From an uncultured candidate division Zixibacteria bacterium (GTDB taxonomy: Bacteria > Zixibacteria > MSB-5A5 > GN15 > PGXB01): a stretch of 64,000 bases of DNA. The stretch's first letter is position 1. Every line of letters starts with the position of its first letter. The notes below the pieces were generated by a model. The model saw only the letters and a list, made by a program, of their open reading frames with translations. It ran no database searches and was not told where the DNA came from. The stretch covers positions 832,001-896,000 of the forward strand of contig OY969724.1 of assembly GCA_963702205.1 (NCBI GenBank). The letters are read 5' to 3'. Positions 56,772 through 64,000 of this stretch are shown one piece after another. The position numbers and the translations under genes are program-made.

Positions 56772-59074
56772 TGAAATTGAAGAAAGGTTTGCATCCGGGT
56801 GACCACAACAAAACGAAAACATCGTCGCCCACCTCTCGCATTCCGGGATTTTATCTGTTATCGGTCGAGCAAAGGCTGTCGCTTTTAAGACAGGATTACG
56901 GACTGACCGAAGAGGAACTTGCGATTTTTCGCCATGGCAGCGCCATCAAGGCCGAAAATGCCGTCAACATGATCGAAAACGCCATCGGCTCGATCGGTGT
57001 CCCGCTCGGGCTGGCCTCGAATTTTCTTATCAACGGACGAGACTACCTGATACCCATGGCCACCGAAGAGCCATCGGTCGTGGCGGCGGCCTCGAAAGCC
57101 GCCCGACTGATCCGAAAAGGCGGCGGTTTCAAAGCAGAATCCGACCGCTCGGTCATGATCGGTCAAATTCAGCTGCTCGATGTCTCGGATATTGAGACGG
57201 CCATAAAGTCTATTAATAAACATAAATCGGATATTCTCGAAGCCGTCGACAACTGGCTGCCGCGAATGAAAAAGCGCGGTGGCGGAGCGGTCGATATCGA
57301 ATCCCGAATCATAAATGACGACGTCACCGGTGAGCCCATGCTGATCGTGCATATACTGGTCGACGTCTGCGACGCAATGGGGGCCAACGTCGTAAACGGC
57401 GTTTGTGAAGTCGTCGGACCGCGCATAGAAGATATCACCGGCGGACTGGCCAATATGAAAATTCTGTCGAATCTGGCGGACCGTCGTCTGGCCCGCGCCG
57501 AATTCGAAATTCCCGTGCACATTCTTTCTCAGGACGGACTGCCCGGGGCGGAAGTCGCGCATAGGCTGGTAAAGGCCGGTCGCTGGGCAACACTCGATCC
57601 ATACCGCGCCGTCACACATAACAAAGGTATCTTCAATGGTATTTCTTCGGTTGCCGTGGCTTTGGGGCTGGATTGGCGGGCGATCGAAGCGGGCGCTCAT
57701 GCTTACGCCGTCAGGGACGGGGTATATCGTGGTTTGACCGTATACAAAGTCGACAGTAGTACATTTTATGGTTCAATCGAACTGCCGATGCAGGTCGGGT
57801 GGACCGGCGGCGGCTCCTGCCTGCGGCCCGACGTGCAGGCATTGAAAAAAATTCTCAATATCGGAGCCGCCCGTGAGCTGTCGGGAGTCCTTGCGGCGGT
57901 CGGGCTGGCCCAGAATCTGGCCGCCTGTCTGGCTCTGTGCACCGAAGGCATACAGCGCGGACATATGGCCCTGCACGCCCGGAGTGTCGCCGCCAGCGCG
58001 GGAATTCCCGGGTCGGCGGTCGAAAAGGTTGCCGCCGAGATGATTGAATCGCGCCGGATTCACGTCGATGCCGCCGGTGACATATATGAGCATCTGCAGG
58101 AAAAAACTAAGCCGACGGATCGTCCAGATCAAATTCTGGCGCAGGATTTCGCGCCCGGCAAAGTCATTCTTTTCGGTGAGCACGCCGTCGTTTACGGTTA
58201 TCCATCCATCGTCACCGCACTCAGTCAGGGGACGCGAGTCGAAATTCGGCGTGACAAGGACGGGCCGCGTATGCTGCACCCGCGCCTTAACGCGTCCGGC
58301 ATGCCGTTTAACGACGACAATGATTATCAGCACTTCTCGCGGGCGGCGCACCTGGCCTATAAAGGGTACAATCTTCAGAAAGAACCGATGGAAATCATGG
58401 TCGAGTCGGACCTTGCGCCGGGCGTTGGGCTGGGTTCCTCCGCGGCCTTCTCTGTCGCGCTGTGCCGCGCCTTTTCACAAATCTCCAAAAATGCTTGCGG
58501 CCGGAACGGTACCGGCCTAAGTGAGATGATTCATCGCCTGGAGACGGTTTTTCACCGCAATCCAAGCGGCGCCGATGCCGCCGCGATCATGGCCCGGGGA
58601 GCCGTCTGGTTCCAGAAAGGACAAAAGAACACGATCTCACCGGTAGCCTGCCCGATTGAATGTTTCGGGCTGGTGTGCGTGGTCGACCAGCCGATGCGCA
58701 CCGCACAAATGGTCGCCAAAGTGGAGAACGCCCGCCGTCAGAACGGTGCATTTGTCAATAATATATTCGATAAAATCGGTGACGTCACGGTCGATGCGGC
58801 GCTGGCGCTTCGCGATGGACAAACAGAGCAGTTGGGGCGTCTGATGATTCGCAACCATGAACTTCTGGCGAAGCTGGATCTATCCACGCCGAAGCTCGAC
58901 AAGGCCGTAGCCGATCTGATCGATCTGGGTCTCCCCGGCGCCAAACTGACCGGGGCCGGCGGCGGCGGCGCCGTGGTGATGGTTCTTCCTGACGGTGACG
59001 ACCGGGATGATCTGATCGCCGAGATAACCGGCCGATTCGAAAAGCACTATCAATTTCGTATCAGGACGGCATGA
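56771..59074 (+). CDS. mvaA: Class II HMG-CoA reductase fused to mevalonate kinase
   Basis: ENAIG, EEPSVVAA, DAMGAN, THNKGIFNG, EGIQRGHMALH, then PGKVILFGEHAVVYG, GLGSSAA, SGAD, GAKLTGAGGGG in one frame. Confidence 0.92.
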   Translation: MKLKKGLHPGDHNKTKTSSPTSRIPGFYLLSVEQRLSLLRQDYGLTEEELAIFRHGSAIKAENAVNMIENAIGSIGVPLGLASNFLINGRDYLIPMATEEPSVVAAASKAARLIRKGGGFKAESDRSVMIGQIQLLDVSDIETAIKSINKHKSDILEAVDNWLPRMKKRGGGAVDIESRIINDDVTGEPMLIVHILVDVCDAMGANVVNGVCEVVGPRIEDITGGLANMKILSNLADRRLARAEFEIPVHILSQDGLPGAEVAHRLVKAGRWATLDPYRAVTHNKGIFNGISSVAVALGLDWRAIEAGAHAYAVRDGVYRGLTVYKVDSSTFYGSIELPMQVGWTGGGSCLRPDVQALKKILNIGAARELSGVLAAVGLAQNLAACLALCTEGIQRGHMALHARSVAASAGIPGSAVEKVAAEMIESRRIHVDAAGDIYEHLQEKTKPTDRPDQILAQDFAPGKVILFGEHAVVYGYPSIVTALSQGTRVEIRRDKDGPRMLHPRLNASGMPFNDDNDYQHFSRAAHLAYKGYNLQKEPMEIMVESDLAPGVGLGSSAAFSVALCRAFSQISKNACGRNGTGLSEMIHRLETVFHRNPSGADAAAIMARGAVWFQKGQKNTISPVACPIECFGLVCVVDQPMRTAQMVAKVENARRQNGAFVNNIFDKIGDVTVDAALALRDGQTEQLGRLMIRNHELLAKLDLSTPKLDKAVADLIDLGLPGAKLTGAGGGGAVVMVLPDGDDRDDLIAEITGRFEKHYQFRIRTA

Positions 59075-60036
59075 TGAATTCTGTCAAAACGCGCGCCTTT
59101 GCCAATATCGCCCTTGTCAAGTACTGGGGCAAACAGACCGAAGGGATCAACTGCCCGGCGACGCCCTCACTGTCGCTGACGATAGATTCTCTTAAGACCG
59201 AGACATCGATTGAAAGAGCGGAAAACGACGGATTGGTATTCAACAATGTCACCGTGCAGGATATAAACGGATCTCGTGCTTTTGGAATCATCAACGACTG
59301 GAGAAAACAAGGGTTGCTCGACGGTTCTTTTACGGTCGATACGAAAAACGGATTTCCATCGGGAGCGGGGTTGGCATCGAGCGCCTCGGGAGTGGCGGCA
59401 CTTACGGTGGGACTCAACCGAATTGGCGAAAATGCTCTCGACAATGATTCTCTTGTTCGTCTTGCCCGTCAGGGAAGCGGCTCGGCGGCGCGGTCGATGA
59501 CCGGCGGTTTGAGCGTGCTGCCCAACGATTTTAATCCAATAGCAAAACAAATAGTACCTCACGATGAAGTCCCCTGGTGCATTATCACGGCTGTGACCGA
59601 AATGAACGCAAAAAAAGTCGGTTCGCGCGAAGCTATGGATATCTGCCGTCGGACGTCACCGTACTATCAAAGCTGGTTGAAGACGGCCCTGGACGATTAT
59701 CAAGAAATGCTCGATGCGGTCGACAAAATGGATATTTCGCACGTCGGCGAAATTGCGGAGCATAACTGCCTGGCCATGCACGCCTGTATGTGGGCCTCGA
59801 AGCCGCCGCTCGTATATTGGAATGGTACAACCGTAGAAATTATCAGGGCTGCCCGGAAGTGGCGGCACAGCGGATTGGAGTCGTACTTCACTATTGACGC
59901 CGGGCCGCAGGTGTGTCTTCTGGCCGACCGCAAGGACGCCGAGACGATTGCCTCGAAATTGACTGATATCCCCGGCGTGAAAAAGATACTTATCGGTTAT
60001 CCCGCCGGAGGCGCCGAGGTGACCGAATGCCGATAA
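59071..60036 (+). CDS. mvaD: Diphosphomevalonate decarboxylase
   Basis: NIALVKYWGK, GLASSASG, GSGSAARS, TIDAGP. Confidence 0.93.
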   Translation: MMNSVKTRAFANIALVKYWGKQTEGINCPATPSLSLTIDSLKTETSIERAENDGLVFNNVTVQDINGSRAFGIINDWRKQGLLDGSFTVDTKNGFPSGAGLASSASGVAALTVGLNRIGENALDNDSLVRLARQGSGSAARSMTGGLSVLPNDFNPIAKQIVPHDEVPWCIITAVTEMNAKKVGSREAMDICRRTSPYYQSWLKTALDDYQEMLDAVDKMDISHVGEIAEHNCLAMHACMWASKPPLVYWNGTTVEIIRAARKWRHSGLESYFTIDAGPQVCLLADRKDAETIASKLTDIPGVKKILIGYPAGGAEVTECR

Positions 60037-61019
60037 ACCGTGTTGAAATTCCCGGCAAGGCGATGCTGTTCGGCGAGTACGCCGTCCTTGTCGGCGGGAC
60101 CGCGGCCATGTATCCGGTGCCGCGCTATCTGGTTTTGTCGGAAAAAAACGGACACAAACCGGCCGCCTATACGCGGGTCATGACAGAGGCTCGTAACATG
60201 GATATTCCGGAAATCGCGCCGTACGAAAACGAATTCGGTGCGGTCGAAATTGATTTTGATAACACTCAGTTTTTTGCACCGGGCGGCGACGGTACATGCA
60301 GCAAGCTCGGGCTGGGGCTTTCGGCGGCCGAGGCAGTCGGGGTGGTTTCGCTGCGTTTTGGGCGGGCCGGATTAGCTATTGAGCACTATGCAGATAAAAT
60401 CGCCGAATATGCACTGATCGCGCACCGTCACGCCCAGGATGGTCAGGGCAGCGGCGCCGACGTCTATTGCTGCTCGCATAAAAAAGCGATTCGATATAAA
60501 ATAAAAGATGGCTGTTCGCAATATGAATTAATATCGGTCGATAAAGGCGACACGCGTCTTCCGGCGTATCTGGTCTATTCCGGAAAACCGTCGGATTCTA
60601 GAAAGGCCATTACTTCCTTTAATCTTTGGCTTCAGAAATTAACAACTGACGACAAAAGCTGTCTTAAGAGCCTGATAGAAATCAGTCATTTCCTGTCCGG
60701 CCACTGGCCCGCGAAAGACAGACATGTTATTTTCGACGCCCTCGATGAGTACACCGCCGTCATGAAGGCGATTTCAGATAAGGCCGGGTTGCACTATTGG
60801 ACCGCAGTGCATACCGAACTGGACAGATGGGCCCGAAAGTACGGCGGCCGGGTCAAACCGATCGGTGCCGGCGGCGGCGATATGGCGCTGGTGCTGGGTC
60901 ATCTCCCCATTGAAGAATTATCGACCGGTTCAGTCGGGTGCAGTATTGATATCTCATCGGGATCTCTCGGCCAAACCGAAAGCGATTCACGTCGACAGTT
61001 GGTTTCTAAAACCCCGTAA
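60027..61019 (+). CDS. Phosphomevalonate kinase-like GHMP kinase
   Basis: PGKAMLFGEYAVL, KLGLGLSAA, GSGAD, GAGGGD; operon context. Confidence 0.8.
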   Translation: MPINRVEIPGKAMLFGEYAVLVGGTAAMYPVPRYLVLSEKNGHKPAAYTRVMTEARNMDIPEIAPYENEFGAVEIDFDNTQFFAPGGDGTCSKLGLGLSAAEAVGVVSLRFGRAGLAIEHYADKIAEYALIAHRHAQDGQGSGADVYCCSHKKAIRYKIKDGCSQYELISVDKGDTRLPAYLVYSGKPSDSRKAITSFNLWLQKLTTDDKSCLKSLIEISHFLSGHWPAKDRHVIFDALDEYTAVMKAISDKAGLHYWTAVHTELDRWARKYGGRVKPIGAGGGDMALVLGHLPIEELSTGSVGCSIDISSGSLGQTESDSRRQLVSKTP

Positions 61020-61728
61020 AATCTTCGACCAGCATATTGGCGCGCGGGACTTTGCCGTCGAGATGCTGTACCATCGGCCAGACCATGCGCGACGGCCCGA
61101 CGATATAATATTTCGCCTCGGCCGGATTAGACACATAGCGGCCGATCATATCGAAATTTATATAGCCCTTCTCGTACTTCCAGCCGTTTCCATTCTGTAT
61201 CGGTGAGGTCAAAGTCGGGATACATTTAAAACTGGCCAGCTTGTCCTGCATTGCCAGCAAGTCTTTTAAATAAGCGGCGTCTTCCATCTGACGGTTGGAA
61301 TAGAATAAGTACAGGGGACGATCGGATTGTTGAAAGACGGCATCGGCCAGAATGCTGAAGCAGGGCGTAATGCCAATGCCGCCAATAATAAAAACCGCCG
61401 GAATGGACTTATCCTTATGAAGCTTGAACGAGCCATAGGGGCCGTAAATTTCAAGCAGTTCTCCCTCGGGAAGATGCTTGAGAGCGTTTTTGTACTGATT
61501 ATCGCGCATACGGGCGACTATCAACAAATGTTCTTCGTGCGGGGCGCTGGCGATCGAAAACGCCCGGGCGCTATCGTTGGGGTCGGCGATTTCGTGGTCG
61601 ATCAGGCCAACGTCGATATTCTGTCCCGGCAGGAACTCGAACCCCTGCGGTCTTTCAAGATAAAAGGCCAGTGTGCGTGCCGCGACGGGCTGCTTTTTTA
61701 ATAATTTTACTTTATATGATGAATCCAC
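61006..61728 (-). CDS. Ferredoxin-NADP reductase-family FAD/NAD(P) oxidoreductase
   Basis: FLPGQ, RAFSIAS, GPYG, GGIGITP; probable GTG start at 61728. Confidence 0.88.
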   Translation of the reverse strand: MDSSYKVKLLKKQPVAARTLAFYLERPQGFEFLPGQNIDVGLIDHEIADPNDSARAFSIASAPHEEHLLIVARMRDNQYKNALKHLPEGELLEIYGPYGSFKLHKDKSIPAVFIIGGIGITPCFSILADAVFQQSDRPLYLFYSNRQMEDAAYLKDLLAMQDKLASFKCIPTLTSPIQNGNGWKYEKGYINFDMIGRYVSNPAEAKYYIVGPSRMVWPMVQHLDGKVPRANMLVEDFTGF

Positions 61729-61735
61729 CGCCCGC

Positions 61736-62677
61736 TTACCCTTTCCGTCCACCGACCAGCTTTTGTGACTGGCTGAAGGCTTTGTATGATGAACGCACCA
61801 GCGGTCCGGCTTCGACGTGCGCGAATCCGATTTTGTAACCGATCTCCGCGATTTCTTTGAATTCATCGGGGTGATAAAAGCGAACTTCGGTCATATGATT
61901 GGCGGTCGGGCGCAGGTACTGACCGACGGTGACGATCTGCGTCCCGGTCTCATAAATCTGATGAAACAGCTCGGTGATTTCTTCCATCGTCTCGCCCAAT
62001 CCGACCATGAAGCCGGTCTTGACCACCGGGCGCGGACGGTATCGGTCGGCCCGGTTCAAAATATCCAGCGAGCGTTTGAGTTCGGCTCCCGGCCGAACTC
62101 TACGATACAATCGCCGCACGGTCTCGACGTTGTGCGCGAAGACGTCGGGACGGGCGTCGAGAATGACATCGACCGCTTCGAGATTGCCCAGGAGGTCGGG
62201 GATAAGCACTTCCACCTGGATGTTTCCGTCGTGGATGCGCAGCTGCCGGATGGTTTCGGCGAAAATCGCGGCGCCGCCGTCGGGCAGGTCGTCGCGCGTC
62301 ACCGATGTAATCACTACCTGTTTCAAGCCCAGCTCACCGACCACTTTGGCCATGCGTTTGGGCTCGTCGGTGTCCAGCCCGAGCGGCACTGCCGTCTTGA
62401 CGTTGCAAAAGCGGCAGCCCCGGGTACAGTTGCTGCCGAGAATCATGAAGGTGGCCGTCCCCTCGCCGAAACATTCCCGGATATTGGGGCAGGCCGCTTC
62501 CTGGCAGACGCTGTGAAGCTGGTTCCGGGCCAGGATGTTTTTGATGCGGGCGTATTCGGGGCCGAATTTGGCCGAGACTTTTATCCACGACGGCAGCCTC
62601 CGCACCGGTGACGGCCGGGTTTTGAGCCGGTCGCGAATGTTCTTTATCTGCTCTATATCTTTCAAAGTAGCGGGCAT
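61736..62677 (-). CDS. lipA: Lipoyl synthase
   Basis: CQEAACPNIREC, CTRGCRFC, RSSY; probable start MPATLK. Confidence 0.95.
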   Translation of the reverse strand: MPATLKDIEQIKNIRDRLKTRPSPVRRLPSWIKVSAKFGPEYARIKNILARNQLHSVCQEAACPNIRECFGEGTATFMILGSNCTRGCRFCNVKTAVPLGLDTDEPKRMAKVVGELGLKQVVITSVTRDDLPDGGAAIFAETIRQLRIHDGNIQVEVLIPDLLGNLEAVDVILDARPDVFAHNVETVRRLYRRVRPGAELKRSLDILNRADRYRPRPVVKTGFMVGLGETMEEITELFHQIYETGTQIVTVGQYLRPTANHMTEVRFYHPDEFKEIAEIGYKIGFAHVEAGPLVRSSYKAFSQSQKLVGGRKG

Positions 62678-62825
62678 ATTTGTCCGGTCCTTTTGGTTTT
62701 TAGGAGAATTACGGCAAAAAGACATCAAACGCGGGATTTTCCGTAAAATCCGCACAATATATCTTGACATCGGGCCCGATAATGGACTAATTAGGCCGAC
62801 AATATTTATTATAAAGGAGAATATT

Positions 62826-63131
62826 ATGGTAATTATAATGAATCGCATGACCGTCCCCGATGAATATCGCGAAAGATTCGAGGAAGTTTTCGCTTCCCGA
62901 GCCGGGGCGGTCGACACCCGTCCCGGCTTTATCCGCGCCGAAATCCTCCGCCCGCATCGCGGCAACGAATATATCGTCATGACCCAGTGGGAGAGCGAAG
63001 ACGATTTCGAGGGCTGGGTCGGCAGCCCGGAATATATTGAGGGGCACAAACGAGTCGGTGAATTTTCCGATGACACCGGCAAAAGTTTGTTATCCTCGAA
63101 GATAGACAAGTACGATGTCTTCACCGTCTGA
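62826..63131 (+). CDS. Antibiotic biosynthesis monooxygenase/IsdG-like protein
   Basis: RBS AAGGAG; NR..V..FEEVF..PGF..WESEDDFEGW.GS..H. Confidence 0.85.
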   Translation: MVIIMNRMTVPDEYRERFEEVFASRAGAVDTRPGFIRAEILRPHRGNEYIVMTQWESEDDFEGWVGSPEYIEGHKRVGEFSDDTGKSLLSSKIDKYDVFTV

Positions 63132-63399
63132 TGAAGCCTGCACCGTGGCGGTCAAAGACAAACCCGGAATATTGAAACGCCTGCGGTCGCTGATGGTGCA
63201 GTTCAAGCGCGACCTGCGCGAGCCGCTGCCGGGACTGGCCGATAAATCCCTGTCGGTTCGTGTCGCCGGGCGGTTTCGGCATCTCTTGAAAAGATACGGC
63301 CTCAAGCTGGTCGCAGCCATTATCCTGTTTTACCTCGTGCGCGACACCCTGCTTTATATTGTGATACCGTATCTGATCGCCCGTCAGTTTTTCGGTTGA
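63115..63399 (+). CDS. Small hypothetical membrane protein
   Basis: YGLK..FYLVRDTLLYIVIPY hydrophobic tail; coupled to the upstream gene. Confidence 0.6.
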   Translation: MSSPSDEACTVAVKDKPGILKRLRSLMVQFKRDLREPLPGLADKSLSVRVAGRFRHLLKRYGLKLVAAIILFYLVRDTLLYIVIPYLIARQFFG

Positions 63400-63541
63400 T
63401 TGCATACGATCTCAGCGGCTCCCCCGGGATATCGTATCCCCCCACATTATACATTCGAACCACGTCGATTTTAAGGCCTTGCCATTTTTGAAAAAATGGC
63501 CTAAATATCCGATAGGCAATAATTGACGGGGTTACACGATA

Positions 63542-64000
63542 TTGGTCGGATCCAAAACGAAATTCATTTGTACCCTTCTTATTATATTGACGGCGCTTAC
63601 GCTGTCGGGGTGCCGGGATATTCGCGGCCGCCTGGAGGATTATCTCGACGCCGCGCACAGGTTGTGGGGTTTTGATGGTACGGTCCTGATCGCTTATAGA
63701 GATCATGTCATCCTTGCCCGCGGCTATGGTATGGCCAACCAGCAGTTTCAAATTCATAACACGGTCGATACTAAATTTTTCATCGGGTCGATCACCAAGC
63801 AGTTTACCGCCGCCGCCATTTTGATTTTGAAGCAGCGCGGTCTTATTGATCTCGACAAACCTATTTCAACCTATTTGCCCGATTATCCCCGCCCGGCCGG
63901 TGACAAGATTACTATCCGTCAGCTTTTGACGCACACGTCGGGCGTCCCCAATTACACCGACTGGCCCGGGGTTTTTCTAAGGCGAACCAGTCCGATATCC
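63542..64000 (+). CDS. Beta-lactamase/AmpC-family serine hydrolase lipoprotein; runs off the right edge
   Basis: Manual translation: lipobox LSGC, FFIGSITKQF (SxxK), LLTHTSG; start uncertain (TTG 63542). Confidence 0.85.
   Translation, partial: MVGSKTKFICTLLIILTALTLSGCRDIRGRLEDYLDAAHRLWGFDGTVLIAYRDHVILARGYGMANQQFQIHNTVDTKFFIGSITKQFTAAAILILKQRGLIDLDKPISTYLPDYPRPAGDKITIRQLLTHTSGVPNYTDWPGVFLRRTSPIS

Overview
Bacterial chromosomal window, mostly minus-strand genes. Six secreted proteins end in Cys/Pro-rich dockerin-type domains, which suggests candidate division Zixibacteria (inference). Contents: (1) a PAS/sigma54-controlled Hmc-like membrane redox module whose NrfD subunit is fused to a hexahaem cytochrome c; (2) a large surface-protein region with beta-propeller/beta-helix, C25 protease and Cys-rich dockerin proteins, plus three repeated pairs of a fibre-like gene and a small adaptor-dockerin gene; (3) an ECF sigma/anti-sigma locus with a Met-rich 9-aa-repeat membrane protein, a gluzincin-propeller-barrel protein and PrsW; (4) an orange-protein (NifX/MinD-like ATPase/DUF5320) cluster; (5) a LuxR, ATP-cone, ECF and B12 radical SAM group; (6) a kinase-TPR-GAF-sigma54 activator with a small secreted peptide and a WYL-like regulator; (7) a mevalonate operon with an HMG-CoA reductase-mevalonate kinase fusion, then lipA and others. 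All five apparent frameshifts are +1 insertions directly after AGTAC, probably sequencing errors at a modified motif. A 55-100 bp intergenic repeat occurs three times, and a candidate structured RNA lies at about 33.5 kb. No rRNA, tRNA, CRISPR array, integrase, transposase or reverse transcriptase was seen. All family calls come from reading motifs by eye; no searches were run.
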